From Deltaproteobacteria bacterium (lineage in GTDB: Bacteria; Myxococcota; Kuafuiibacteriia; Kuafuiibacteriales; Kuafuiibacteriaceae), in the NCBI GenBank assembly GCA_040218735.1, contig JAVJQW010000019.1, positions 288,001-352,000 on the forward strand: a stretch of 64,000 nucleotides of DNA, read 5' to 3'. Within the stretch, counting starts at the first letter, position 1; each line of letters starts with the position of its first letter. Made by a program: the position numbers and the translations under genes. The notes beneath the pieces are model-generated. The model had not been told where the DNA came from. It saw only the letters and a list, made by a program, of their open reading frames with translations, and did not search any database. Positions 17,192 through 26,882 of this stretch are shown here, in pieces.

Positions 17192-18573
17192 AGCACGGCC
17201 CCGAGCGCCTGCTCGATCGTCCGCGCGCCCACGACCTCCATCCCGCGCGGCGCCGAAGCCCGCGCGCGCGAAGCCTCCGGCAGCACGGCGCGCGAGAAGC
17301 CCAGCTTGTGCGCCTCCGCCAGCCGCAGGTCCGCCTGCGCGATCGCGCGCAGCTCGCCGGCGAGCCCGACCTCCCCGAACACCACCGTGCGTGAATCGAC
17401 CGAGCGCCCGCCGAGTGAGGACGCGAGTGCCGTCGCCACCGCGAGATCCGCGGCGGGCTCCGAGATGTCGATGCCGCCCGCGACGTTCACGAACACGTCA
17501 CAGCCCAGCAGGTCCAAGCCGGCGCGCCGCTCGAGCACCGCGACGAGGAGCGCGGCGCGCGAGGCGTCGAAGCCGAGGCACGTGCGTCGCGGCGTGCCGA
17601 AGTTGGTCGGCGACACCAGCGCCTGCACCTCCACGAGCAGCGGGCGCGTCCCCTCCAGCGCGGGGAGCACGACCGAACCCGGGGCGTCCTCGGGGCGCTC
17701 CGCGAGGAACAGCTCCGACGGGTTCTCCACCGCGACGAGCCCGCGCTCCTGCATCTCGAACACGCCGATCTCGTTCGTCGATCCGAAGCGGTTCTTGTGC
17801 GCGCGTAGGATCCGGTAGGGGTGGCCGCCGGTGCTCTCGAAGTACAGCACCGTGTCGACCATGTGCTCCAGCACGCGCGGCCCCGCGAGCGCGCCCTCCT
17901 TGGTGACGTGCCCGACCAGCACCGTGGGCACGCCGTGCGCCTTCGCGAGGTAGAGGAACCGCGCTGCGACCTCGCGGATCTGCGACACGGATCCGGGCGC
18001 CGACTCCAGCGCAGGATCGTAGATCGATTGAATGGAGTCGATGACGACGGCGGAAGGTTTGTCGTCCTCGATCGCCGCGGCGATCCGATCCGCGCGCGTC
18101 TCTGCGAAGATCATCACCCGCGACGCGTCGACCCCCAGACGCTCCGCGCGCAACTTGACTTGCTCCGGCGATTCCTCGCCGCTCACGTACAGCGGGCGGC
18201 TGTCCGGCACGACGGCCGCGATGCGATCGAGCGCCGCCAACAGCAGCGTCGACTTGCCGATCCCCGGGTCCCCGCCGACCAGCACCAGCGCCCCCGCGAC
18301 CAACCCGCCACCGAGCACCCGATCCAGCTCCGACTGCCCGGTGACGATCCGCGTGGCCCCCGCCGACGTGACCTGATCCAACGGCACCGGCTTCGCGCTC
18401 TTCACGGCCTCCGGCAGGCGGAACGTGCGTCCGACGTTGGTGCCCTTCGCGGGCGCTTCCTTCTTGGTCTCGACGAGGCTGTTCCAGGCGCCGCACCCCG
18501 GGCAGCGCCCCATCCACTTCGCCGACTCGTGCCCGCACGCGTTGCAGCGGTGAACCGTCTTTGCCTTCGCCAT
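17188..18573 (-). CDS. radA: DNA repair protein RadA/Sms
   Basis: Zn finger CNACG...KWMGRCPGC, Walker A GDPGIGKST, KNRFG motif and Lon-like C-terminus. ATG at 18573. Confidence 0.97.
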   Translation of the reverse strand: MAKAKTVHRCNACGHESAKWMGRCPGCGAWNSLVETKKEAPAKGTNVGRTFRLPEAVKSAKPVPLDQVTSAGATRIVTGQSELDRVLGGGLVAGALVLVGGDPGIGKSTLLLAALDRIAAVVPDSRPLYVSGEESPEQVKLRAERLGVDASRVMIFAETRADRIAAAIEDDKPSAVVIDSIQSIYDPALESAPGSVSQIREVAARFLYLAKAHGVPTVLVGHVTKEGALAGPRVLEHMVDTVLYFESTGGHPYRILRAHKNRFGSTNEIGVFEMQERGLVAVENPSELFLAERPEDAPGSVVLPALEGTRPLLVEVQALVSPTNFGTPRRTCLGFDASRAALLVAVLERRAGLDLLGCDVFVNVAGGIDISEPAADLAVATALASSLGGRSVDSRTVVFGEVGLAGELRAIAQADLRLAEAHKLGFSRAVLPEASRARASAPRGMEVVGARTIEQALGAVL

Positions 18574-18624
18574 CGTCGCCGCGGACGGTAGCAAAACTGG
18601 ACCGCTCGTAGGTCCGGAAATCGT

Positions 18625-19470
18625 TCAGGAGCGCGGGCGCCGTCGAACCCACGCCAGCAGCGCGATCAGAGCCCACGCGCTCGGCGCGCCGGTGCTCGTG
18701 CACCCGAATGGTTCGTTCGTCACGAGGGACTCGCCGCTCTCGGGGATCGCGGAGCACTGCTGCGGAGGTCGCGAGCGCGGGTACACAAAACACAACGCCT
18801 GCGTGTCGTCGCTCTCCAGCGAAGCGAGCTGGGTGTCGCACGCGTTCACGATCGGCCACATCGTGGGCAGCCGCCCGTCCTCGGTGAGCGCGGGATCGAG
18901 GTCCGAGCACATCGTCACCGGGCACGGATCCTCCGGGTCGATCGTCGCGGGCGTCTCACACGGGTGCGCGAGCCCGATGAAGTGCCCGACCTCGTGCGTG
19001 ATCACCGTCTGGAGATCAAACGCGCCGGAGCACGCGGAGGACGTCGTCGTGACCTCCTCGTTCACGGAGATCGTCGCGGTCCGAATCAACCCCGACCGCA
19101 CCGCGTAGGAGACACTCGTGATCGCCGCGGCGCTCGGCTCGAACTCCAAGTTCCAGCCTTGGTCGATCAGCTCGACCTCGTTCTTCACCGCGTTCACCGG
19201 ACCGGGCGGGAGGATCGCCACCCGCGTGAACCGCATGTCGGAGCACGCGACCGACGCCCACCGCTCGAACGCTCCGTCCACGGCGCGCATCGCGTCGACC
19301 TCCGAGAACCGCGAAGCCTCCGGTTTCCGCAGCACGTACGGGAGGTTCCGCTCGGGCCAGTGCAGCGACACGATGCAGCGCGAGTCCGACCGCGTGCACT
19401 CGAACGCGCTCGCGACCTCGGGCGCACCGAGGCACAGGCCGACGAGGGCCATGGCGAGCAACCGACGCAC
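18625..19470 (-). CDS. Matrixin-family (M10) metalloprotease with signal peptide and MYXO-CTERM-like tail
   Basis: HEVGHFIGLAH with a Met-turn (TMWP). The C-terminus is GCTSTGAPSAWALIALLAWVRRRPRS. Confidence 0.85.
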   Translation of the reverse strand: MRRLLAMALVGLCLGAPEVASAFECTRSDSRCIVSLHWPERNLPYVLRKPEASRFSEVDAMRAVDGAFERWASVACSDMRFTRVAILPPGPVNAVKNEVELIDQGWNLEFEPSAAAITSVSYAVRSGLIRTATISVNEEVTTTSSACSGAFDLQTVITHEVGHFIGLAHPCETPATIDPEDPCPVTMCSDLDPALTEDGRLPTMWPIVNACDTQLASLESDDTQALCFVYPRSRPPQQCSAIPESGESLVTNEPFGCTSTGAPSAWALIALLAWVRRRPRS

Positions 19471-19589
19471 GAGACATCTACTCTACCAAACGACCCGGGA
19501 GTCGGGCATTTCGTGACGATTCTCGATCGACGCCCGCGATCCGCGTGCGCATCATCGGGGGACCGCCCGCTCCGGGAGGTGCCTCACTC

Positions 19590-20807
19590 ATGCTGCGCTC
19601 CGTCTTCCGAGCTTATCGGGAGGCCTACTCGGGTCTCCCGCGAGCCACCTGGCTGCTGGCCGGCGCGGCGTTCTTCAACCGCGCGGGGCACATGGTCCTC
19701 CCGTACTTGGCCCTCTACCTCACCAGCCAACACGGGTACGCCGCGGACCAGGCCGGGCGTTTCATCGGGCTGTACGGGGTGGGGGCCTTCCTCGGCGCCT
19801 ACCTTGGAGGGGAGCTCGTCGACCGTTTCGATTCGGTCCGCGTGCAGGTCTTCTCACTCCTCGGGACCGCGGTGGGGTACGGCATCCTCTCCCAGGCCCA
19901 GACCACCACGCAGATCGGCGTCGTACTGTTCGGGACGGCGTTGGTGTCGGAGGCCTTCCGGCCCGCGAGCTTGGCGTCGGTCGCGATCTACAACCCCGAA
20001 GCGGTGCGTCCGCGGGCGTTCGGGTTGGTGCGCCTGGCGGTCAACCTGGGTTTTGCGATGGGGCCCACGCTCGGTGGGTTCCTCGCGGCGGTGAGTTACT
20101 CGTGGCTGTTCGCGGTGGACGCCGCGACCTGCCTCGCGGCGGGGCTGTTCCTCGCGGTGACGATGCGGGGGCGGCGTGCGTTCGAGGACGAGCCTTCGGC
20201 CGACGAGCTCGCGGGGGTACGGCGGTCGCCGTGGCGTGACCGGGTGTTCCTGTCGATCCTCGTGTTGCTGCTCGGGATCGGCGCGATCTTCTTCCAGTTC
20301 GAGTCGACGTACACGCTGTACCTGCACGAGGTGATCGGCCTGTCGGAGGCGAGGATTGGTCCGCTGTTCGCGATCAACGCGCTGACGATCGCGTTGTTCG
20401 AGATGCTGCTGATCAAACGCCTCGAGAACGCGTCGCCGCTGCGGGTGGTCGCGTTCGGCGCGCTCTTCGTGACGATGGGCTTCGCGGGGCTGCTGCTGTT
20501 CGACCACATCGCTTGGGTGATCGTGACGCTCCTGATGTGGACGATCGGCGAGATGCTCACGTTCCCGATCCTTTCGAACGTGGTGTCCTCGCGCGCGGAC
20601 CGCTTCAGCCGCGGGCGTTACATGGCGCTGTACACGATGGCGTTCGCGACGGCGTTCTCTACCGCGCCGATCCTCGGGACGATGCTCTACGAGCACGTCA
20701 GCCCGCGCGCGCCCTTCGCGGCGTGTGGCGTGGTGGGGCTCCTAGCGACGGCGGGGTTCTTTGCCCTGGATCGACGTGCGTCCGCGATGGATGCTCATCG
20801 GCGGTGA
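19590..20807 (+). CDS. MFS transporter
   Basis: 12 TM helices, motif A GGELVDRFD and TIGEML...RGRYM. ATG at 19590. Confidence 0.9.
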   Translation: MLRSVFRAYREAYSGLPRATWLLAGAAFFNRAGHMVLPYLALYLTSQHGYAADQAGRFIGLYGVGAFLGAYLGGELVDRFDSVRVQVFSLLGTAVGYGILSQAQTTTQIGVVLFGTALVSEAFRPASLASVAIYNPEAVRPRAFGLVRLAVNLGFAMGPTLGGFLAAVSYSWLFAVDAATCLAAGLFLAVTMRGRRAFEDEPSADELAGVRRSPWRDRVFLSILVLLLGIGAIFFQFESTYTLYLHEVIGLSEARIGPLFAINALTIALFEMLLIKRLENASPLRVVAFGALFVTMGFAGLLLFDHIAWVIVTLLMWTIGEMLTFPILSNVVSSRADRFSRGRYMALYTMAFATAFSTAPILGTMLYEHVSPRAPFAACGVVGLLATAGFFALDRRASAMDAHRR

Positions 20808-21682
20808 GGCCGAAGCACTACATCGCGGGCGCCGCCGTCCTGTTCGCGGTCGGGTTCGCGGGGTACGTGCTCAAGGAACGGAACCTCAAGTACCGCCCGT
20901 ACAAGAGCGCGCTGTTCTTCGCGCTCACCGAGAACGACTTCTCCCAAGCCTTCCTCCGCCCCGGCGCCGAAGCCGAGCTGCGCGCTGCCGTGCCGCTGAC
21001 CGGTGAGACGGAGCGCGCGCGGGTCTACCAGTTGATCGATTGGATCCGCGACCAGACCGAACCCACCGAGCAGTGGACGGTCGACGCCGAGCGCCTCCTC
21101 GAGTCGCGCGCGGGTGCGTGTGAGATCCACGCGCTCGCCGTCGCGGTGCTCCGGGCGCACGACATCCGCGCGCGGTGGATCGCGGGGGTGCGTTCGTCGA
21201 TCGGGTTCGGGTACCTGGAGGCCCACGTCGACGGGTCGTGGGAGGCGTTCAAGCTGCGCGACCTCGAAACCAAGACCACCTCGGTCAGCGCGTGGACGCT
21301 CTACCAAACGCGCGAGCCTGACCTCAGCATCCGGACCTTCTACCCATCGCCCGGCGAGCGGCTCACGTCGTGGGCGGGGCCGATGGCGGTCGGTTTGTTC
21401 CCGTTCGAGAACGTCGAGCGGCACCCGGAGTTGGAGGCGGTGTTCACCGGCACCGAGGGGCTCGACCTCGAGTACGGCGCGCTCGATCCGTACGACTACG
21501 TTTACGACTGGGCGCACCACGCTGACCATCCGTGGCTCGAGAAGGGAGAGGTCTGGGATCGGCTTTGGGCGCGGCGCGACAAGTTCCGGTTCCACCGGCG
21601 TCGCGCGCTGGGGCGTTTGATCGACGCGATCGATCGCGCCCTCGGCGTTCAGTCCACCGCGCCGCGCGTGGCGAGCAAGTAG
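20804..21682 (+). CDS. Membrane-anchored transglutaminase-like domain protein (degenerate triad)
   Basis: GTG overlaps the MFS stop. It has an N-terminal TM and RAGACEIHALAVAVLRAHDIRARWIAG...GYLEAHVDGSW. Confidence 0.55.
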   Translation: MRPKHYIAGAAVLFAVGFAGYVLKERNLKYRPYKSALFFALTENDFSQAFLRPGAEAELRAAVPLTGETERARVYQLIDWIRDQTEPTEQWTVDAERLLESRAGACEIHALAVAVLRAHDIRARWIAGVRSSIGFGYLEAHVDGSWEAFKLRDLETKTTSVSAWTLYQTREPDLSIRTFYPSPGERLTSWAGPMAVGLFPFENVERHPELEAVFTGTEGLDLEYGALDPYDYVYDWAHHADHPWLEKGEVWDRLWARRDKFRFHRRRALGRLIDAIDRALGVQSTAPRVASK

Positions 21683-22563
21683 CTCTCGGTCCAGGCGACG
21701 CCGGTGAGGGCGCGACCGAGCGGCACCGTCACGAGCATGCCGATGCAGAGGAGCATCACGCCGACCAGCGCCGCGGCGCATTCGACGAGGACCATCACGA
21801 ACCCGAACTTGAAGAGCGACCAGCGGTTGCCGTCGGCGAGGGACCAGGACGACCGCAGCGACTCGATCGGTCCGTCGCCGTCGAGCGCGACGCGGAACGA
21901 CGCGAGGCACATGCCGAGGTACGCGTAGATCAGCGGGCCGATCGCGAGGAGCGCGAGGAGCGCGGTGACGGCGAACGCGGGGCCTTCGTCGAGGAAGTAG
22001 AACGCGGCGCCCGCGCCTGCGGCGAACGGAGCGGCGATGACGATGTAGACGAGGCCCTGCAGGAGCGTGGAGCCGAGCATGCTGAGCATCGCGTCGGCGC
22101 CACTGAAGAGATCGCGGTAGCCCTCCTCGCCGTAGGCGTGGACCGTGTGCATCTGGCGGAGGAAGCCGGTGCGGAAGAACGCGTGGCCGAGGAGCATCGC
22201 GGCGGCGACGACCAGGCCGACCAGGATGACGCCCGCGGTGGGGATGGCGTCCTGGAGCGCGGAGAATTTGGATCCCATCACGGCGATCGTGTCGCCGGCG
22301 CCGCTGACGAGGCTCGAGAGGCCGTCGTCGCTGTCGCCGCCGCCCGAGTAGTGGCCGTCGAAGAGGACCATGAGGACGCCGCCCACCCACATCGCGAGCG
22401 GCGCGGCGCGCACCGCCGCCATGCCGGAGTCGAAGCCGCGGGAGATGTCGAAGGCGAGACCGAAGGGGAGCTGTCGAGGGGGCTCTTCGTAGGGGTCGTG
22501 GGGATCGTCGGGCCAGGCGTCGGGAGCGTCGAAGGGATCGTTCACTACGAAGGGAATAGGCAC
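21649..22563 (-). CDS. Integral membrane protein (DUF975 / GDPD membrane-domain-like); start uncertain
   Basis: Multiple TM segments and the motif GPIESLRSSWSLADGNRWSLF. Confidence 0.7.
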   Translation of the reverse strand: MPIPFVVNDPFDAPDAWPDDPHDPYEEPPRQLPFGLAFDISRGFDSGMAAVRAAPLAMWVGGVLMVLFDGHYSGGGDSDDGLSSLVSGAGDTIAVMGSKFSALQDAIPTAGVILVGLVVAAAMLLGHAFFRTGFLRQMHTVHAYGEEGYRDLFSGADAMLSMLGSTLLQGLVYIVIAAPFAAGAGAAFYFLDEGPAFAVTALLALLAIGPLIYAYLGMCLASFRVALDGDGPIESLRSSWSLADGNRWSLFKFGFVMVLVECAAALVGVMLLCIGMLVTVPLGRALTGVAWTESYLLATRGAVD

Positions 22564-22631
22564 GAGGGGAGCGCCGTCGATCGGATTAGCGCGTGGCCGG
22601 GGGTTCACGGCGACCCCGGACGACGCGGGCG

Positions 22632-23235
22632 GGTCGTTGTCGCCGGAGGGTTCACAGGGAGACGGTGAGCTTGGGAGGCGCCGAGCACCGAGGGACCGCC
22701 GAGGCGGTTTTGGAGGGGCTGCCTCGAGCTACGAACCCATCCCCCAAAAACTCCCGTCCTCCCCGTCTCACTGTTCGTTTCGACGGCGCTCGCGACTCGG
22801 TCGATGCGGGTTGGTCGTTGTCGCCGGAGGGTTCACAGGGAGACGGTGAGCTTGGGAGGCGCCGAGCACCGGGGGGACCGCCGAGGTGGCGCGCGTTCTT
22901 GGATGGGGCTTCTCGAGCCACGCCCCATCCCCAAATCTCCCCGTCCTCCCCGTCTAACTGTTCATTTCGACGGCGCTCGCGACCCTGTCGCCCGCGGGTT
23001 GGTCGTCGTCGCCGGAGGGTTCACAGGGAGACGAGAGCTTGGGAGGTGCCCAGCACCGAGCGGACCACCGAGGCGACGCGCGTTTTTGGATGGGGCTTCT
23101 CGAGCCACGCCCCATCCCCAAATCTCCCCGTCCTCCTCGTCTCACTGTTCATTTCGACGACGCTCGCGACCCTGTCGATGCGGGCTCGTCGTCGTCGTCC
23201 TCCCGTCTCACTGTTCGTTTCGACGGCGCTCGCGA
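22632..23235. repeat. Tandem array of three ~181-188-bp palindromic units plus a partial fourth right arm (REP/REPIN/MITE-like)
   Basis: Units start at 22632, 22813 and 23001 (GGTCGT[T/C]GTCGCCGGAGGGTTCACAGGGAGACG). Each has arms ACAGGGAGACG..GGGAG / CTCCC..CGTCT[C/A]ACTGT and an inner hairpin. Confidence 0.9.
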
Positions 23236-24384
23236 TCAGTCTTCTTCGTCCCGCGGCTCCGCGCCGCGTTTGTGCCGCGCGGGCGCGCCTTCGCCGGCGA
23301 GGCTGACGGCGCCGTCGGCGGCGTCGGCGAGGCTCACGGCGCCGCCGTCCGCGCCTTCGTCGGCGAGCGAGAGCGTGCCGCGGGCGCCGCCGTCTTCGGC
23401 GATTCGGCCGCGGACCAGCTCGATGGTGGTGTCGAGGCCCAGCGCGTCCTCCTTGTCGAAGCCCTTGGCGCGCAGCGCGAGGAGCCGCGGGATCGAGTTG
23501 CGTCCTCCGACGGCGGCGAGCACGTCGAGGGCCGTCTCGGTCAGGCCCTCGCGTTCGAGGAAGTGAAGCGCCGCGGTCTCCGCCTCGGGGCGGCGTGTCT
23601 GACCGAGCGCCTCCAGGTAGGTGATCGCCAACGCGCTCGGCACCGCGCTCGGGTGAATGGCGACCAGCCCCTCGGCGTCGCGGTGCTGCACCAGCGCGCG
23701 CAGCGCGATCTTCTTCGCCTCGGTCGCGGCGCGTTCGTTCATGATCGCGAGGAGCCGTTCACGTCCGCGTGGGTACTCGAAGGCGGCGATGGCCGCGGCG
23801 AGGCCGACGTCGGCGTGCTCGCGGTGGCGCTCGGCCAGCTCGCGGGCGTGTGACTTGTCGGGGCACTTGCGCGCGAGGATCGAGAACGCCACGGCGTTGG
23901 GCGGGGCGCTCTTTGCATCGACGTAACGGACCAGCTCGGCGACGACGTCCGGCTTGGACTCGAGGAACGGCGTCGCGACGTCGACGAGCACCGCCGACCG
24001 CGGCGGAGAGGACGCCGCGCGTGTCTCGTACACGAGGTCACCGTGCGTCGCGTAGACGGTGCCGCCGTGGGACAGCATCGGCGCCGGACCGAGCAAGATC
24101 TCCGCCCACACCGCGTTGGCATCGCGAGGGGTGCCGTGTCCGCCGTCGGTCAGCCACCCGAACGAGACCCACTCCGGGAGCGCACCTTGGATCGTCGTGA
24201 CGTTGCGCCAGATGTCGATGCGCCGACCGCTCAGCGAGCGCGTCCCGAGGTGTCGGTGTTCATGGACGACGACGTGACCGCACACCACCTGCGTCGCGTT
24301 GTTGCGCTTGCGGCGTCGTAGGCGCATGAGCTCATAGGCCGCGTAGGCGCCGAAGCCGAGGGAGACGATGACGAGCGGGTCCAC
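23236..24384 (-). CDS. Membrane-anchored HEAT-like repeat protein, paralog 1
   Basis: MDPL followed by a TM, TTIQGALPEWV, helical repeats (ALDVLAAVGGR) and C-terminal GTLSLA/GAVSLA repeats. Confidence 0.75.
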   Translation of the reverse strand: MDPLVIVSLGFGAYAAYELMRLRRRKRNNATQVVCGHVVVHEHRHLGTRSLSGRRIDIWRNVTTIQGALPEWVSFGWLTDGGHGTPRDANAVWAEILLGPAPMLSHGGTVYATHGDLVYETRAASSPPRSAVLVDVATPFLESKPDVVAELVRYVDAKSAPPNAVAFSILARKCPDKSHARELAERHREHADVGLAAAIAAFEYPRGRERLLAIMNERAATEAKKIALRALVQHRDAEGLVAIHPSAVPSALAITYLEALGQTRRPEAETAALHFLEREGLTETALDVLAAVGGRNSIPRLLALRAKGFDKEDALGLDTTIELVRGRIAEDGGARGTLSLADEGADGGAVSLADAADGAVSLAGEGAPARHKRGAEPRDEED

Positions 24385-24416
24385 CTACGCGCGCTCGCAT
24401 TCGGGTACGGCACGCA

Positions 24417-25520
24417 TCACGGCTCGTCCGGGTCGGCGAGCGCGAGACCGCCGTCGTGGGTGAAGCTCACCGCGCCCGCGTCGCTGCCGCCGTCGGCGAG
24501 CGAGAGTGTGCCCCGTGCGCCGCCGTCCTGGGCGATGCGGCTGCGGACCACCTCGATGGTCGTGGTGAGGCCGAGCGCTTCGTCCCGGTCGAAGCCGCTC
24601 GATTGCAGCGCGAGGAGGCGCTCGATCGAGGCGCGCCCACCGACCGCGGCGAGCACGTCGAGCGCCGTCTTGCGCATCACGTCGTCCTCGACGAAGTGCA
24701 ACGCGGCACGCTCCGCTTCGGGGCGCTTCGTCCGGCCGATCGCCTCCAGGTACTCGCCGGCCACGGCGCCCGGCACCGCGGCGGGATCGATCTGCGCGAG
24801 GAGCGCGCGGTCGTAGCGGTGGATGAGCACCCGCAGCGCGATCTTCTTGGCGTCTTCGGGCGCGGTGCCGTTGACGATCGCGACGAGTCGTTCACGTCCG
24901 CGCGGGTACTCGAGCTCGGCGATGGCCGCGGCGAGGCCGGGGTCGGCGTGGTCGCGGTGACGTCGGGCGAGGTCGCGTGCGGGGCGTTTGTCGGGGCAGC
25001 TCCGCGACAAGATCCGAAACGCGACGGCATTCGACGGCGACAGTCCGGCGTCGACGTAGCGGATCAGCTCGGCGACGACGTCCGGCTTCCGCTCGAGGAA
25101 TGGGCGCGCCGCTTCAACGAGCCCGCGCGACGACGGCGGGAACGCCGCGGGCCGCGTCTCGAAGGTCATGTTTCCGTTCGCCGCGACGACCGTACCGCCC
25201 TCCAAGAGCGCCGGCGCCGGCCCGAGGATGATCTCGATCCACAGCGCATTGGCGTCACGCGGCGCGCCGTCGCCGCGACGCTCGACCGGCCAACCGAAGT
25301 GCACCCAGTCCGGGAGCATCCCTTGAATCGTCGTGACGTTCTGCTCGAGCTCGACGTTGCGCGTCGCGCGAAATCCGCTGTGGGTGTAGGCCCGATGGTG
25401 CAGGACGGTGTGTCCGCACACCTCCTCCGACGACGCCGTCCCGGCACGCCGTCGCGTCTGCACCTCCTGAAAGAGCAGGAACCCGGCGTAGCCGAGCGCC
25501 ATGAAGAACAGCGGCTCCAA
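24417..25520 (-). CDS. Membrane-anchored HEAT-like repeat protein, paralog 2
   Basis: Probable TTG start (MEPLFF, matching MDPL of the paralogs). Shares long blocks with paralog 1 (DVVAELIRYVDA, EYPRGRERL, GGARGTLSLAD). Confidence 0.75.
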   Translation of the reverse strand: MEPLFFMALGYAGFLLFQEVQTRRRAGTASSEEVCGHTVLHHRAYTHSGFRATRNVELEQNVTTIQGMLPDWVHFGWPVERRGDGAPRDANALWIEIILGPAPALLEGGTVVAANGNMTFETRPAAFPPSSRGLVEAARPFLERKPDVVAELIRYVDAGLSPSNAVAFRILSRSCPDKRPARDLARRHRDHADPGLAAAIAELEYPRGRERLVAIVNGTAPEDAKKIALRVLIHRYDRALLAQIDPAAVPGAVAGEYLEAIGRTKRPEAERAALHFVEDDVMRKTALDVLAAVGGRASIERLLALQSSGFDRDEALGLTTTIEVVRSRIAQDGGARGTLSLADGGSDAGAVSFTHDGGLALADPDEP

Positions 25521-25557
25521 CACTTGAATCGTAACCCCGTCGGGGCGCCGGTCGAGG

Positions 25558-26694
25558 TCATTCTTCGTCGGTGACCGACAGCGTCCCCGACTCCGCGAGC
25601 GACAGGCCCCCGGCCTCGTCACCCCCGGCGATCGCGAGCCGGCCTCGCTCGGCGCCGACCTCCGCCGCGATGCGCGCGCGCACCATCTCGATCGTGAGGT
25701 CGAGGTTCAGCTCGTGGGCGCCCGTCGCGCTCTGTTGATACGCGAGGAGCGGTCCGATCGAAGCACGCCCGCCGACGGTCGTGAGCGCCTGGAGCGCCGC
25801 GCCGATGTCTCGGCGCTCCTCGAAGTAGTAGAGCGCGGCGGCCTCGGCCTTCGGGTGTTTCGCGAGCCGGAGCGTCTCGAGGTACGCCTCGACGGATCCC
25901 GCGGGGACACGCACCGGGTCGATCGCCGCGAGCCCCTCGACGTCCTTGTTCTCCACCAGCGTGCCGATGAACACCGAGCGGGCTTCGATCGACGCGTCGC
26001 CGTTCACCTTCGTGACCACACGATCGCGACTCTTGGGGAGCTCGAACGCCGCGACCTCGGTCCACAGCGCCTCGTCAGTGGTTCCGCGATGCCGCGCGGC
26101 GAGGCGCTCGGCGACGGTCCGGTCCGGACAGCTACGCGCGAGGATTCGGAACGCCACCGCCGCGGAGGGCGCGCCGCGCTCCACGTACCCCTCCAGCGCC
26201 GCGACGACGTCCGGGAGCCCCTCGACGAAGCGCCGCGCCGCCTGCACGAGCGTCGCGGACGCGGGGGGTGCGTCGTCCACGATCGAGTCGTAGACGAGGT
26301 CGCCCTTCGAGGCGTAGACCGTGCCGCCGTTGGGGAGGTCCGGGTACTCGCCGAAGATCAGATGAACCCAGAGTGTGTTGCGCGAGTCCGGGTCCACGGC
26401 GTGGGGAGCGACCGTCCAGCCGAAGGCCACCCACTCGGGCAGCACCCCGTGAATGGTGGTGGTGTTGCGGTACAGCGGGAGCGGTTCGCCCGTTCCGCCG
26501 AGGGAGTGCTGGCCGACGTCTTCGCGGTGGTGGGTGACCCGAAAGCCGTTCACGGTTTCGGCGCGCGCACTCGGCGACGGAGACGCGAGTAGCTCCCCCG
26601 CGCGGCGCACCTGGCGCCGTCGGTATTGGATCACGGTGCCGATAGCGCCCGCGACGCCCATTCCGATCAGATACATCACCGTGAGCGGATCCAA
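25558..26694 (-). CDS. Membrane-anchored HEAT-like repeat protein, paralog 3
   Basis: MDPLTV followed by a TM, TTIHGVLPEWV, VGGRASI and the tail GRLAIA..GGLSLA..GTLSV. Confidence 0.75.
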   Translation of the reverse strand: MDPLTVMYLIGMGVAGAIGTVIQYRRRQVRRAGELLASPSPSARAETVNGFRVTHHREDVGQHSLGGTGEPLPLYRNTTTIHGVLPEWVAFGWTVAPHAVDPDSRNTLWVHLIFGEYPDLPNGGTVYASKGDLVYDSIVDDAPPASATLVQAARRFVEGLPDVVAALEGYVERGAPSAAVAFRILARSCPDRTVAERLAARHRGTTDEALWTEVAAFELPKSRDRVVTKVNGDASIEARSVFIGTLVENKDVEGLAAIDPVRVPAGSVEAYLETLRLAKHPKAEAAALYYFEERRDIGAALQALTTVGGRASIGPLLAYQQSATGAHELNLDLTIEMVRARIAAEVGAERGRLAIAGGDEAGGLSLAESGTLSVTDEE

Positions 26695-26882
26695 ACCTCA
26701 GTCCGTCTCCGCCGAGGCCCAGCGGGCGGCGTCGACGACCCCGAGGCCACCGGCGAGCGCGCCCGAGAGGAGCCCGAGGGTCACGCGGGGATGGTAAGGC
26801 GCGAGCCGCGTCCCTGTCAGGTCCTACGCGATGGATTCGTGACGCCCGCGTGGTGTACACGCCCCCGGCCGTCCCCTCTTCG

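Noticed and set aside
17191-17300. Fluoride riboswitch upstream of crcB
   Set aside because: crcB overlaps the radA stop, so there is no leader region.
22632-23235. Possible CRISPR array
   Set aside because: The units are ~185 bp and repeated in full, with no unique spacers, and there are no cas genes in the window.
26698-26784. 28-codon minus-strand ORF (MTLGLLSGALAGGLGVVDAARWASAETD) ending 3 bp before paralog 3
   Set aside because: It could be a small peptide or a gene remnant, but it is too short to support without homology or expression data.
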